A DNA stretch of 64,000 nucleotides from Arcobacteraceae bacterium (GCA_965224485.1 CBDCZH010000015.1:128001-192000), one strand, 5' to 3'; positions 1 through 10,798 are shown, counted from the first letter of the stretch. The notes: generated from the sequence alone by a model not told the origin. Program-made: numbers and translations.

Positions 1-295
1 GAACAATCGAAGCTAGTCTTCCATTTAATTTATGAAGTTCTTTTAGACGATCTTCTAAGTTATCAACTTTTTGCCTATATTCATTTACATCTTCATCATT
101 TTGCATGGCTTGAACTAAATAAGAATTTAGTTCACCTTTTAAAGAAACGATTTTTTCCATCATTTCTTGTTTTATATCATTTCTTGTAAGCAAATTCTCA
201 TGTTTTGCTTCTTTTATATCTTCTATATCTATAAGTATTGCATCTTTTAACTTTTCTACTAAGTTTAGCATTTCATCTATTGTTTTATCAATCAT
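1..295 (-). CDS. FlgN-like flagellar export chaperone (runs off window edge)
   Basis: Read manually from ATG at 295: MIDKTIDEMLNLVEKLKDAILIDIEDIKEAKHENLL...; helical, directly downstream of flgJ. Confidence 0.55.
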   Translation of the reverse strand, partial: MIDKTIDEMLNLVEKLKDAILIDIEDIKEAKHENLLTRNDIKQEMMEKIVSLKGELNSYLVQAMQNDEDVNEYRQKVDNLEDRLKELHKLNGRLASIV

Positions 296-303
296 TTTAA
301 ATC

Positions 304-600
304 CTAATTTTTTTCACTTAAAAATTTATACAACATATCACTAATACCTAAAGAACCAGATGAGTTTTTACTCAAAGCTTCTGTATACATACCTTTAACA
401 ATATCACTACCAACACCTTCACCAGCAACTTTGGTTGAGCGTAAAGAAACATCCATTAATTGTTGCATAAAAAACGATTCAAAATCATTACATACATCTT
501 TTAACTTATCACCTTGTAGTTTTGAGGTATCTACATTTTTTAGTTTATCACTAGAAAGTTTAGAAACATCTATATTTGTTGTAGCACTTATATCCATCAT
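304..600 (-). CDS. flgJ: Short FlgJ rod-binding protein
   Basis: LKDVCNDFESFFMQQLM...GISDMLYKFL rod-binding motif; flagellar context. Confidence 0.8.
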   Translation of the reverse strand: MMDISATTNIDVSKLSSDKLKNVDTSKLQGDKLKDVCNDFESFFMQQLMDVSLRSTKVAGEGVGSDIVKGMYTEALSKNSSGSLGISDMLYKFLSEKN

Positions 601-1367
601 TCTTCCAATCTATCAAAAAAGTTTTCTTCTGCTAAAATATTATCTTTATCATTATTAGAATAAAATCTAATTTCAACCCTTCTATTATCAGCAGCATTAT
701 CACTTTTAGGATGATAAGAGGAAAAAGCTGATACTTTTAATTGTGCAGGATCAATTCTATTTTTTATCAGCTCTTTAACAACAGATATTGAACGCAAGGC
801 TGAAATATCCCAGCCATCTCTAGGAATAGTATCATTAACATAATTACCCCTATCTGTATGCCCTATAATTTCAATATTAAAACTATTTGGCATAGTTCTA
901 ATAACTCTTGCAATTTTTGAAATAAAACGCTTTGCTGCTTTATTACTTAAGGCATATTCTCCTTCATTAAACATAACAGAAGAAGGAATATCTAAGCTAA
1001 ACTCATTCTCTTTTTTTACCATTTCTAATAGTTCATTTTCATCTTGAGCTGATTCATTCATTTGTTCAACCAAAGATTCTATTTCTTCTTCAGCATCTTC
1101 AGCTTCTTCATCAGAATCAGCTTTTCCTTCAGCTTCACCTTTACTTGTATCTGTCATATCGCTTTGGGTTTCAGCATCAGTTGTATCATCTAAGAAACCC
1201 ATAGCTTTTTTCATTACATCAAAATACTCTTCAACTTTTTTCTTATCCATTACAGCCATAGAAAGAAGTAAAATAAAGAAAGTTAATAATAAAGACATCA
1301 AATCACCAAATTGCACTAACCAACCAGGTAAACATGTTTCACATTCAGGACATTTGTTTTTAGCCAT
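597..1367 (-). CDS. motB: Flagellar stator MotB
   Basis: WLVQFGDLMSLLLTFFILL TM with conserved Asp; OmpA-like GHTD...NRRVEI. Confidence 0.95.
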   Translation of the reverse strand: MAKNKCPECETCLPGWLVQFGDLMSLLLTFFILLLSMAVMDKKKVEEYFDVMKKAMGFLDDTTDAETQSDMTDTSKGEAEGKADSDEEAEDAEEEIESLVEQMNESAQDENELLEMVKKENEFSLDIPSSVMFNEGEYALSNKAAKRFISKIARVIRTMPNSFNIEIIGHTDRGNYVNDTIPRDGWDISALRSISVVKELIKNRIDPAQLKVSAFSSYHPKSDNAADNRRVEIRFYSNNDKDNILAEENFFDRLEE

Positions 1368-1372
1368 TATAA

Positions 1373-2128
1373 TTACTCAGAAGAGTCAACTAACATAGCG
1401 TTTAGTTTCATCTTTATATTTCCAATAGACTCTTCTGAAGCAATCATAGCCGTTCCTGTCATAATAACTTCATTTGAGATAGCCTCAACCTTATGTTTTT
1501 GTAATAGTTTACTTTCAATTATTCCTGCAAAAAGTGTACCTATTAGCGCCCCATACATAGTTGTAAGTAAAGCAACAGCCATAGCAGGACCAACAGCAGC
1601 AGGATCAGAAAGGTTTGCAAGCATTGCAACAAGACCAACAAGAGTTCCAATCATTCCCATAGCTCCAGCCGTTCCTCCAATATTTCCAAATAAAGCAATC
1701 ATAACCGAGTGTCTATTATCAATATGCTCCATTTTAGTTTCTAATAAAGGAACTAGTACATCAGCTTTAGTTCCATCAACTAAAAGTTGAAAAGCTTCTT
1801 TAAAAAAAGGATTTGCTTCTCCTAAAACTTTTTGCTCAATATGCATAACTCCATGCTTTTTAATCTCAGTTGCATAAAAAGTCATTTTTTCAATTAATTC
1901 TTCCAAAGGTTCAACTTTTACCATATTAAAAGCAACTTTTAAAGCTGGAGTAACGCGTTTTAAATCAGAGCCTTCAAATTGACCTGCTGTTACAGCCATT
2001 GTTCCACCAATTACAATAATAACTGAAGGTACGTCAAGATAAGGACCAAAACCAACTCCTCCTAAAATAATAGCTAAAGCAACTAGTCCCCATCCAGCAC
2101 CTAGCCCAACTGCGGTTGTTTTATCCAT
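1373..2128 (-). CDS. motA: Flagellar stator MotA
   Basis: GMIGTLVGLVAMLANL...MAVALLTTMYG. Confidence 0.95.
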   Translation of the reverse strand: MDKTTAVGLGAGWGLVALAIILGGVGFGPYLDVPSVIIVIGGTMAVTAGQFEGSDLKRVTPALKVAFNMVKVEPLEELIEKMTFYATEIKKHGVMHIEQKVLGEANPFFKEAFQLLVDGTKADVLVPLLETKMEHIDNRHSVMIALFGNIGGTAGAMGMIGTLVGLVAMLANLSDPAAVGPAMAVALLTTMYGALIGTLFAGIIESKLLQKHKVEAISNEVIMTGTAMIASEESIGNIKMKLNAMLVDSSE

Positions 2129-2131
2129 ATA

Positions 2132-3031
2132 TTATCCTAATCCAATTTGATTAAGTCTTGATGACTCTGAACCAATATTTTTAATTTTTAAACCAAATTT
2201 TCCCTCAACAATAACAGCTTCACCCTCACCTATTTTAATTCCATTAATTAAAATTTCTAAAGGTTCATTAACCATTTGTTCAAGTTCAATAATTTCTCCA
2301 ATATCCCATCTAAGAATATCTTTTAATAAAAACATTTTAGTTCCTAAACGAACACTTAGTTTTAACTTTATATCAAAAAGAAGTTTTAAATTTTTTGATG
2401 ATTCATCTGAAAGAAGAGCAGAAACATTAGTGTTTGCAGGAGCACTTCCAGAAGGAGAGTCAAAGGAAGAAGCTTCATTAATTGGAACCATTCCCATATC
2501 ATCAATACCACTCTCACCACTTATTTCACTAATGTAAGATAAAATAACATCATCAAAACTAACAAAAACTTGAAATTTCTCACCTCCTAATAAAAGAGCA
2601 AACTCATATAAATTTGCACTTGAAGAACAAGACTTACATTCAATTATTCTAGAGCTTTGTATTTCTGATTTTAAACCATGAACATCGGCAAAACCTTGGG
2701 CATTTACAGAAGTACAAATTGAACCACAAATATTTGAAACAATTTCATTTATTGCATCAGTAATTTCATCATCAATATGTTCTTTTAAATCACCCATTCC
2801 ACCTAACATTAAGTACTCAAATTTAGTAGCACTTTGATTTGGCACTATAATTTTCCATGTAGATGAAATATTTGAAAAATCAAATTTTGCTAAAACTTCA
2901 ACACATTGTGAAGATTCTAAATCATCAAAATTAGCTTCTTTTACATCTTCAACACTAGCTTTTTTTGATAAAAGCTGTTCTAATGTATTAGCTAACTCTT
3001 CTTTTATAATATTTGAAATATCAGATGCCAA
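2132..3031 (-). CDS. fliY: C-ring switch protein FliY-like (CheC-like N-terminus, SpoA C-terminus)
   Basis: EIVSNICGS motif plus C-terminal SpoA domain (LSVRLG...GEGEAVIVEGKFGLKI); TTG start. Confidence 0.7.
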   Translation of the reverse strand: MASDISNIIKEELANTLEQLLSKKASVEDVKEANFDDLESSQCVEVLAKFDFSNISSTWKIIVPNQSATKFEYLMLGGMGDLKEHIDDEITDAINEIVSNICGSICTSVNAQGFADVHGLKSEIQSSRIIECKSCSSSANLYEFALLLGGEKFQVFVSFDDVILSYISEISGESGIDDMGMVPINEASSFDSPSGSAPANTNVSALLSDESSKNLKLLFDIKLKLSVRLGTKMFLLKDILRWDIGEIIELEQMVNEPLEILINGIKIGEGEAVIVEGKFGLKIKNIGSESSRLNQIGLG

Positions 3032-3046
3032 GTAAAATGCCTTTTA

Positions 3047-3361
3047 TTATTTATTTAAATCTTTTTCAATAGAATCAAGTAAATATGCTTTTACTTTCAT
3101 CATTTCTTCTGTAGGATACTTATACTCAGCATCTCCTCTTACAATCTTAACAAAAAAATCTTTTGATTGTTTGTTATATCCAAACTTTACATTATCTAAG
3201 ATAACTTCATTTGTTTCATCAATTGCTGACTTATTTTCATGTTTTTTATATTCTTCTTCATCTATAAGTTCAGTTTTTTTATCTACTTCTTTAACTTTTT
3301 GTATCTTTGACACATGATTTGTTTGAGCATTATCTATTTCTGAAATTCTTCCTAACTCCAT
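3047..3361 (-). CDS. flaG: FlaG family flagellar protein
   Basis: FFVKIV...YPTEEMMK resembles FlaG; start moved to ATG 3361 behind AAAGGAGG. Confidence 0.7.
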   Translation of the reverse strand: MELGRISEIDNAQTNHVSKIQKVKEVDKKTELIDEEEYKKHENKSAIDETNEVILDNVKFGYNKQSKDFFVKIVRGDAEYKYPTEEMMKVKAYLLDSIEKDLNK

Positions 3362-3394
3362 AGTAACCTCCTTTATTAAGTACAATATTGATTA

Positions 3395-3402
3395 ATTATA
3401 CC
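3395..3402 (-). promoter_or_regulatory. sigma70-type -10 box upstream of flaG
   Basis: GGTATAAT on minus strand about 35 nt upstream of the ATG. Confidence 0.5.
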
Positions 3403-3470
3403 TAAAAAAAATTAAATTAGCTAAAAAATTAATAAAAGAATTAACATTAAAGTTATAATAAGTTTTTTTA

Positions 3471-5471
3471 TTATAAAGATTCTAAAAAGTCATCAAAACC
3501 TATAAGTTTAAAATCTATTAAAGAATCAAGATAAGGTTTATTAAAATACTCTTTAGCAGAGTGTAGTTTTAAATCTTGAATAAGTTGAACACCTGATAAA
3601 AAATCAGCTCCACTATCATTTAAAATAGCTTTTATAAGTGAGATTTGAACAGAAGCTTCATTGTATCTTTTGTCTTCAAGCAGGCCTGCTACTATTAAAT
3701 ACATAGTATATTTATCCTCAAGATTATACTTTTCTTGTAAAAACTCTAATATGCTAACAGCAGCTTTTGGGTTATTGTTATGTAAGTCTCTTAAAGCTTT
3801 TGTTCTTAAGTAAGAAGGGCTATGATAACCTACTATATTTAAATCTGCTTTGTAAAATAAACCCAAAGATTTTAAAATATCAATATAATATTGTGTTATA
3901 AGTAAAGGGCCATCTAAAAAGTTATTATTAATTTTTAAAGGAATGGTATCTTGCAATCTTGAGAAATATGAATAATCACTTTCATTCTCTTTTCTCATGC
4001 TTAATTTAATCAAATATATAAAAGGGTCTTTATAATATTCTTTTAATAAAGGTTCATCAAAAGAAGCTGTTCCTTCTTGAAACTTATCTAAAAAAAGAAG
4101 ACTTTTATAAAAAATAGCTTTTTTATATTTACCTGGTTTATCTAAAAACTTAAACTTTGGGTTTATAAACATAGAATAAAGCTTATGCCCAAAATATTTA
4201 TATAAACCATTATTTGATTTTATATTATTTTGAATATAATCCTTATCTTTTAATTTTTTAGAAATCTTTTTAGCAGATAAAAGAGTCATTACTGAAAACA
4301 GTTTATTTCCTGGATTTAACTTATATGCTTTTGTAAAATATTTATAAGCACTATGAAAATCATAAATATGTGCATAAGCTAAACCAAGATTATAATATAT
4401 ATAAGATTTAGTATCAGTTTTTATTAATTTTTCTAACTCTTTAACTCTAATTATTGGGTCTTTTTTTATTAAGTTTAATAAATTAGCATTATACTCAAGC
4501 ATAACATCAAGTTGTTCAATGTTTTCATTAGAATTAAAAATAAAACCTTTTGATAAATCATAAATCAATTCTTGTGAATCTGAGAAAATAAATGGAGCAA
4601 AATAAAAGATATAATCCATTTCTCTATCTTTATCAAATTTTACTACAAAGTCTAGATATTGCTTTGGAGTATATTTATATTTATTAAAAAAGATTTTTAG
4701 AGGTAAGTCTTTATTTGATGAAAAATAAGAAATTCTAGGACTTAATTCATCTATATGTTCAATTAATTTGCCTATTTCATTTGATTTTAGATCTCTAAAA
4801 ATCATAAACCATATAATATTATTTACTTTTTTGGGATTAAAGGTATTATCTCTTGCATTTTGCAAGAAACGTTCTGCTTTATTATAATCTTTTAGTTTAA
4901 TATATAAAAGTGCTTTTTTCAAAGGTTTTGAAAAATCCATTGATTCCAAAACTTTTAAGGCTTGTTTATAATTTTTTAGAACAATATATGTATCTGCTAT
5001 CATTCTTTTAGAGTGTTCACTTAGTTTTTTTTCTTTTTTTGCAATATTAATGATTTGTTCTAAGTAATTTTTATCTTTACTTAATTGGTATAAATAAAAA
5101 CATGCACTCATAAAAGAGTAAGTATTAGAATATCTTGCTTCATCATGCTGATAAATTCGCTGAAAGTATATTTTTGCATTATAAATAGATTTCATTTGAT
5201 AGTATGCAATTGCTATATTTAAGAAAGAAGGTATTTTCATAACACTTGCAGTACTTTTAAATATAGTTATTGCTTCTTGATATTTCTTTTTCTCTAAGAG
5301 TAAAACAGCTTTATTAAAAGCAACTTGCACTGTAAGATTTTGATAAGATTTATTTAGTTTATTATACTTAAATAATATTTCTGGTTGAGATTCAATTAAA
5401 TCTTTAGCCTGCAAAGTAGGTAAATAAATTATCCATAATATTAGTATAAACTTTATATTAAAACTTTTCAA
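3471..5471 (-). CDS. TPR protein, possible PflA/PflB-like motor scaffold
   Basis: N-terminal hydrophobic segment; TPR motifs (YYNLGLAYAHIYDFHSAYKYFTKAYKLNP); flagellar cluster. Confidence 0.6.
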   Translation of the reverse strand: MKSFNIKFILILWIIYLPTLQAKDLIESQPEILFKYNKLNKSYQNLTVQVAFNKAVLLLEKKKYQEAITIFKSTASVMKIPSFLNIAIAYYQMKSIYNAKIYFQRIYQHDEARYSNTYSFMSACFYLYQLSKDKNYLEQIINIAKKEKKLSEHSKRMIADTYIVLKNYKQALKVLESMDFSKPLKKALLYIKLKDYNKAERFLQNARDNTFNPKKVNNIIWFMIFRDLKSNEIGKLIEHIDELSPRISYFSSNKDLPLKIFFNKYKYTPKQYLDFVVKFDKDREMDYIFYFAPFIFSDSQELIYDLSKGFIFNSNENIEQLDVMLEYNANLLNLIKKDPIIRVKELEKLIKTDTKSYIYYNLGLAYAHIYDFHSAYKYFTKAYKLNPGNKLFSVMTLLSAKKISKKLKDKDYIQNNIKSNNGLYKYFGHKLYSMFINPKFKFLDKPGKYKKAIFYKSLLFLDKFQEGTASFDEPLLKEYYKDPFIYLIKLSMRKENESDYSYFSRLQDTIPLKINNNFLDGPLLITQYYIDILKSLGLFYKADLNIVGYHSPSYLRTKALRDLHNNNPKAAVSILEFLQEKYNLEDKYTMYLIVAGLLEDKRYNEASVQISLIKAILNDSGADFLSGVQLIQDLKLHSAKEYFNKPYLDSLIDFKLIGFDDFLESL

Positions 5472-5483
5472 AATAATTCCTAT

Positions 5484-5813
5484 TTAAACCATTGTATTAA
5501 CTTGAGCATATAAATCTTCAGTTCTTCTTTCTAAAACATCAACCTTATGTTTAAATGATATATTCTCACTTTTTGTTTCTTGTAAATCACTTCTTGCTTT
5601 ATTCAAAGCTTTTTGAACTTTTTCTATAGCACCACTATGAGATTCAACTTGTTTTTGATAATCATTTAACAAAGTTTGATATTTTGAATGATCAGCTTCT
5701 AAAATATTTTTTTCTTCATTTACTTTTTGGTATAAAGATTTATAAACACTCATTGTTGAAAAAAAGTATATAAGTAAAATAGCCAAAACGCTTATTAGTA
5801 AAATATTTTCCAA
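5484..5813 (-). CDS. Membrane-anchored coiled-coil hypothetical protein
   Basis: N-terminal TM then heptad pattern; RBS AAAGGAAG. Confidence 0.65.
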   Translation of the reverse strand: MENILLISVLAILLIYFFSTMSVYKSLYQKVNEEKNILEADHSKYQTLLNDYQKQVESHSGAIEKVQKALNKARSDLQETKSENISFKHKVDVLERRTEDLYAQVNTMV

Positions 5814-5859
5814 AAACTTCCTTTTGTAAATATAATAAAAGAAAAAAATTCTTTTATTA

Positions 5860-8202
5860 TTATCTTTTTAAACCAATTAAGGTAGTTAAAAGCTGATCAG
5901 CTGTTGTAATTGATTTAGCATTTGCTTCAAAAGCTCTTTGAAAAACCATTAAATTTACTAAGCTTTCAGATAAATCAGCTGTTGAAAGTTCTAAAGATTT
6001 ACCTACTATTTTAGCTGTTTTATCATTATTTATATTATAAATAGGATCACCTGAATTATTTGTTTTTGCAAATAAATTATCACCTACTGGATCTAATCCT
6101 CGTTGATTATTAAATAAAGCAATTGCAACTTGACCAACAGCAATTTCAGCCCCATCTTGTTTCATAGTAATTAAACCAGTAGCATCAACTCTAAACTTAC
6201 CAAAAGGAGAATTAGAAATACCTAGAGTATCAAGTCTTAATTGTAAAGAACCTTTTGATGACGTTTGATCAATAGTATTAATAATTTCAATAAACTCAGC
6301 CCCAGCTCCTTCTCGACCAGAGAAATCAGCATTTTTATCTAAAACTGTATCAGGTGTGATTTCAACAAGTTTAAAGTTTGTTATTGCTTTATTAGTATCA
6401 TTAGCTGTAATAGTAATATTATTACCAGCCGCTGTAGCTGTAGTAATATCACCATGACCAGCAATTGCTGTTGCAATAGTTCCTGGAGTAGCTGCAGCAT
6501 TTATTGCAATATCTATAGTTTTAGAAACTCCATCATAGTCAAAAGTTACTTGATAAGCTTTAGTTGTTGAAATAGGAGCATTAATCGTAAAAGTTCCTAC
6601 TTCTGCATCAGTACCTGATGCTGGTACTGAAGCACTATAAGGACTAGCTATAAAATCACTTTTATCAGAACCTTTTAGTGTTCCAGAAAACTCAACATCT
6701 GAGTTTTTATCTAAAGTTTTAATTACAAGATTATTATTAATATTCTCAGCTCTAACATAACTAGAAAGTGGAGCACTATTAATAGCTGTTACAAAATCAT
6801 CTATATTAGTAGGATTTGTAATACTTAATGCTACTGTAGGAACAGTTATATTTTTTCCTAAATCTTTATCATAAATAGTTAACTGATATGTAAAATCTTC
6901 TATTCCATCCATTGCTGATAATTCAGAAGTTGCTGAATAAACATCTCTTTGTTTACCAACAATTGCTTCCATTAAAGCTTCACGAGAAGACTCTAAAGCA
7001 CCAATACCTTGACCAGTTGAGGAAGCTGTTGCACTAACTGATTCATTATATGAACCATAAATTGTATTACTTCCTGCTAACTCAGCTACTTCAGTTATAG
7101 TAAAAGCTTTTCCTGGAATTAAAGACTTTATTTCAATCATACCTTTTAACATCTCTTTAGCATCAGCTAAAGAAGTAGCATTTGAAGTACCATCAATTTT
7201 AGCAATTGCTCTAAAAGTATCACTTCCTTCAAAAATACCATTTCCACTTGTTCCATCTGTTACTAGTTTGGCTTCAAAACCAGCAATATTAGAAATTTTA
7301 TTAGCTAAAGCTTTATATGTTGCTATTCTACTTGCTGCTAAATTCTGATCAGCTTGATCAACTGTTCCAGAAGAATCTAAATCATCAGTGGTTAGCTGAT
7401 GTGTTGTAACTTCAGATATAAATTTTTGACCAACTCTATCTCCATTAATAAAAACATATATTTGATCACCCTCTTTTTTAAAATCAGTTCCGGCAAAACT
7501 AATTTGACTAGCTTGAGCAATAGATGTAGCAGATGGACCATCTGGTGTTTCTTGAATTTTTGTAACCCAAGCAGTATAATCTTTAATTAACTCTTCTACA
7601 TCTTTAACTTTTACAGATTTTGACTTATATCCAGCACCATCAAAAACAGTTGAAGAATCAGATTTTGCAGTTTGCGAATAATCAGTTGCTTTTGCAGTAT
7701 ACGTTTCAATATACTTAGAATGACTAACTATTTTTGTAGTAATTAATTGATTATAATCATTTGTAAAAACTGAAACATTTGGATTTGTACTTTTTACATC
7801 AACTTTCTTATCAAGTGGGGACATAGCCCAACCTTGAACTTCATTTCCAGCTGAATCTTGTAAGGTACCATTATCTCCCATTCTAAAGTTTCCAGCTCTA
7901 GTATAAAAAGTTTCAACAGTCCCATTTGCACTTTTATTAGCAACAGGGAAAAAACCATCACCATTAAGTGCCATATCATGAGCAACACCTGTTAATTTAA
8001 GACCACCTTGCTTAAATAATTTTTCAGCGTCTAATATTTTAGCACCCTTACCTATCTTGTCTTGATACATTTGATCAGCAAAAGATATTCTTGATGCTTT
8101 ATAACCTATAGTATTTACATTTGCAATATTATGCGCTTCGTTATCTAATGCAGTTTGTTCTGCTGCAAGTCCTGAAATTCCTGTCCATAATGCTCCGATC
8201 AT
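5860..8202 (-). CDS. flgE: Flagellar hook protein FlgE (long paralogue)
   Basis: NIANVNTIGYK, YTRAGNF, LELSTADLSESLVNLMVFQRAFEANAK. Confidence 0.9.
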   Translation of the reverse strand: MIGALWTGISGLAAEQTALDNEAHNIANVNTIGYKASRISFADQMYQDKIGKGAKILDAEKLFKQGGLKLTGVAHDMALNGDGFFPVANKSANGTVETFYTRAGNFRMGDNGTLQDSAGNEVQGWAMSPLDKKVDVKSTNPNVSVFTNDYNQLITTKIVSHSKYIETYTAKATDYSQTAKSDSSTVFDGAGYKSKSVKVKDVEELIKDYTAWVTKIQETPDGPSATSIAQASQISFAGTDFKKEGDQIYVFINGDRVGQKFISEVTTHQLTTDDLDSSGTVDQADQNLAASRIATYKALANKISNIAGFEAKLVTDGTSGNGIFEGSDTFRAIAKIDGTSNATSLADAKEMLKGMIEIKSLIPGKAFTITEVAELAGSNTIYGSYNESVSATASSTGQGIGALESSREALMEAIVGKQRDVYSATSELSAMDGIEDFTYQLTIYDKDLGKNITVPTVALSITNPTNIDDFVTAINSAPLSSYVRAENINNNLVIKTLDKNSDVEFSGTLKGSDKSDFIASPYSASVPASGTDAEVGTFTINAPISTTKAYQVTFDYDGVSKTIDIAINAAATPGTIATAIAGHGDITTATAAGNNITITANDTNKAITNFKLVEITPDTVLDKNADFSGREGAGAEFIEIINTIDQTSSKGSLQLRLDTLGISNSPFGKFRVDATGLITMKQDGAEIAVGQVAIALFNNQRGLDPVGDNLFAKTNNSGDPIYNINNDKTAKIVGKSLELSTADLSESLVNLMVFQRAFEANAKSITTADQLLTTLIGLKR

Positions 8203-8229
8203 GATTTATCCTTTTAGATAAAATTAAGC

Positions 8230-8278
8230 TAATGCTTAAGTTTTTATACTTCTTTAAAGTATAAAAACTTAAACATTA
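8230..8278 (-). terminator. Long hairpin between the two flgE genes
   Basis: TAATGcTTAAGTTTTTATACTT / AAGTATAAAAACTTAAaCATTA; the single mismatch is G-U on the minus strand. Confidence 0.55.
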
Positions 8279-8338
8279 AAACTTAAATTTTTTAATTTTT
8301 AGTTTTTAATTCTTAATACTTTTATTACTAATTTCTAA

Positions 8339-9799
8339 TTATTTTTTAAGTTTTATAGCAATATTTAAAAACTCATCTGCTGTTGTAATAGACTTCGCAC
8401 TTGCTTCAAATCCTCTTTGAAAAACCATCAAATTAGTTAACTCTTTTCCTAGGTTTGAATTTGATAATTCTAAAGCAGAACCTCTTATTGTATTTAAATC
8501 ACCTGCATAAATAGCCTCTCCGGTATCAGGTGTTTTTGAATAAACATTATTACCCTCAGCTCTGAGTGCATCAAGATTTGTAAAAGTTGCCGTTGTTAGT
8601 TTTCCTATTACAAACTTATTCTTTCCTATTTTTGAAAAAATAATTCCATCTTCTATTTCAACTTTTCCAAAACTTTTTTCAGATAACCCAAGATTGTCTA
8701 GTTTTAACTGAATATTTCCAACATTTAAAGCTTTTTCAGCAGCTAGTGAAACAGAAGTATTCATTTCTAGGAACTCACCATTAGCTAGTTCTATTAAAGC
8801 TTTTAAAGAGTCACGTGAACTTTCCACCATTGCTAAACCTGAACCTTGAACTGCTTGTGTTGTAGTTGAAGTATTAATACTTACTTGCGCACTTACACTT
8901 GCGTTTGTAATACTTGTTGATTTTCCAGGAACAAGGGAGGTAATACTAAGAACACCTTGAGCATCTACACTTGCAACAAATCCTTGTTTAGCAGAAATTC
9001 TATCTGCAAATTTTTTCATTGTTGTAAGGCTGTCGCTATCAAAATCTTGTTTGATGTGAGTATTTCCTATTGTAATTTCAACAAAATCACTAGCATCATT
9101 TAAAGAACTTAAAGAACTTGAAAAGTCGGAAGAACTTATTTGTGAAACAGAAGCAAGGGAAGCTGCATCTGAAGCACTTGCATATAAGGATAATTTATTT
9201 CGATAATCAACTTTCAAAGCTTCAATATCTGATATTAAAGAGTGGGCAGTTCTTGCATTACTACCAGAACTTCCTGTAGAACTTGCACTTTTTTCATAAT
9301 CACTTGATTTAGCGTTAAAAGATTCCAATAATGTATTTGAGCTTAAAACTTGAGAAGCAATAAAAACACTATGTTTATCTTCAAACATTGCAGTTGCTGG
9401 ATTTGAAGAAGAAGATAAAGAGACATTAGTAATAGCTCCTTGAACAAAAGAACCATCACTTGTTCTTAATGTTCCATCAACTCCCATAGAAAAATTACCA
9501 GCTCTTGTATACTGAGTTCTACTTGAATCAGGTTCTTTAACCATGAAAAAACCTTTTCCATCAATAGCAGCATCAAAAAATACACCAGTATTTTTAATAC
9601 CACCTTGAGTAAAGTCTTTTGAAACTGTTTGTCTAGAAACTCCCTTACCAATAGAATCTTGGTACATTAAACTCTCAAAACTAATTCTATCTGACTTATG
9701 TCCTACTGTATTTACATTTGCAACATTAGTAGACTCAACATTTATAGCTTTTGAATGAGTCTCAACCCCAGAAAGTCCGTTCCATAATGCACTAATCAT
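8339..9799 (-). CDS. flgE: Flagellar hook protein FlgE (short paralogue)
   Basis: NVANVNTVGHK, YTRAGNF, LELSNSNLGKELTNLMVFQRGFEA; follows flgD. Confidence 0.85.
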   Translation of the reverse strand: MISALWNGLSGVETHSKAINVESTNVANVNTVGHKSDRISFESLMYQDSIGKGVSRQTVSKDFTQGGIKNTGVFFDAAIDGKGFFMVKEPDSSRTQYTRAGNFSMGVDGTLRTSDGSFVQGAITNVSLSSSSNPATAMFEDKHSVFIASQVLSSNTLLESFNAKSSDYEKSASSTGSSGSNARTAHSLISDIEALKVDYRNKLSLYASASDAASLASVSQISSSDFSSSLSSLNDASDFVEITIGNTHIKQDFDSDSLTTMKKFADRISAKQGFVASVDAQGVLSITSLVPGKSTSITNASVSAQVSINTSTTTQAVQGSGLAMVESSRDSLKALIELANGEFLEMNTSVSLAAEKALNVGNIQLKLDNLGLSEKSFGKVEIEDGIIFSKIGKNKFVIGKLTTATFTNLDALRAEGNNVYSKTPDTGEAIYAGDLNTIRGSALELSNSNLGKELTNLMVFQRGFEASAKSITTADEFLNIAIKLKK

Positions 9800-9808
9800 C
9801 TATTATTC

Positions 9809-10477
9809 CTAAAATATTTTCGTAATGCTATTAAAAGGTAGGGTAGTTAAAAGATTTGAATAAACACTTGTAACTTCTCCATTTAATTTATATGCATGAT
9901 CAGTAATTTCATTATTATCTTTATCCATAATAACAGGTTTTCCATCTTTTAATAAAGGTTTTCCAACACTTTCTAAGGCTACTTTTTTTCCAGTTTTTTC
10001 ACCCTTAGAATCAAGAATTTCTCCAATTGCATTATAAGATATAACTTTTGAATCACCATCGACAATCTGTCTTTCTAAGTATAATAACTCTTGTGCAGTA
10101 ACTTCAACAACACCATTATTACTTTCAACTGATCTTACTTTATACGCAGTATTAACACCAGCTTGATTAATATTACCATCTTCTATATTTTTTCCAATAA
10201 TATTAGAAGCATTAGATAAAGCACTTTGAGCAAAAGAATTTTGTAAAGAATCCATAGCTTTTATTGTTGCAAGATTTGTTTCAATTCCTGTCATTTGCAT
10301 TTGAGTACTTAACATTTTTGATGAGTCCATAGGTTTAGTTGGATCTTGAAGTTTTAACTCTTCAATCATTAGTTTTAGAAAATCATTTGTTGTTAATTTA
10401 TCATTTGAGATAGCTTTTGTATAGGTATTACCATTTACATCAGTTCCTGTATTAACTTTTACATTTTCATATGCCAT
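9809..10477 (-). CDS. flgD: Hook capping protein FlgD
   Basis: DFLKLMIEELKLQDPTKPMD. Confidence 0.93.
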   Translation of the reverse strand: MAYENVKVNTGTDVNGNTYTKAISNDKLTTNDFLKLMIEELKLQDPTKPMDSSKMLSTQMQMTGIETNLATIKAMDSLQNSFAQSALSNASNIIGKNIEDGNINQAGVNTAYKVRSVESNNGVVEVTAQELLYLERQIVDGDSKVISYNAIGEILDSKGEKTGKKVALESVGKPLLKDGKPVIMDKDNNEITDHAYKLNGEVTSVYSNLLTTLPFNSITKIF

Positions 10478-10486
10478 TTTAAACTC

Positions 10487-10771
10487 CTAAGCTTTTTCTT
10501 CAAAAAAATACCGAACAACATTATCACAATCCATAGAATCTTGAACTCTAACTGCTAGTTTTTCATCCATTACTATAATATCACCCGTACCAATAATTCT
10601 AGAGTTTACAAAAATATCTCCACCTGAACCTGCTGTTTTATCAAGTGATAAAATATCACCTTCTCCTAAGTCCAAAAATTCTTTAATAGTAACCATAGAA
10701 TTTCCTAACATAACATCAACAACAATTTCTGTATCAACTAATAAATCGTAATCTCTTTCACTTATTTCCAT
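10487..10771 (-). CDS. fliN: Motor switch protein FliN
   Basis: Single SpoA domain after fliH. Confidence 0.85.
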   Translation of the reverse strand: MEISERDYDLLVDTEIVVDVMLGNSMVTIKEFLDLGEGDILSLDKTAGSGGDIFVNSRIIGTGDIIVMDEKLAVRVQDSMDCDNVVRYFFEEKA

Positions 10772-10798
10772 AATGTATCTTTTTAATAAATATTTTTA

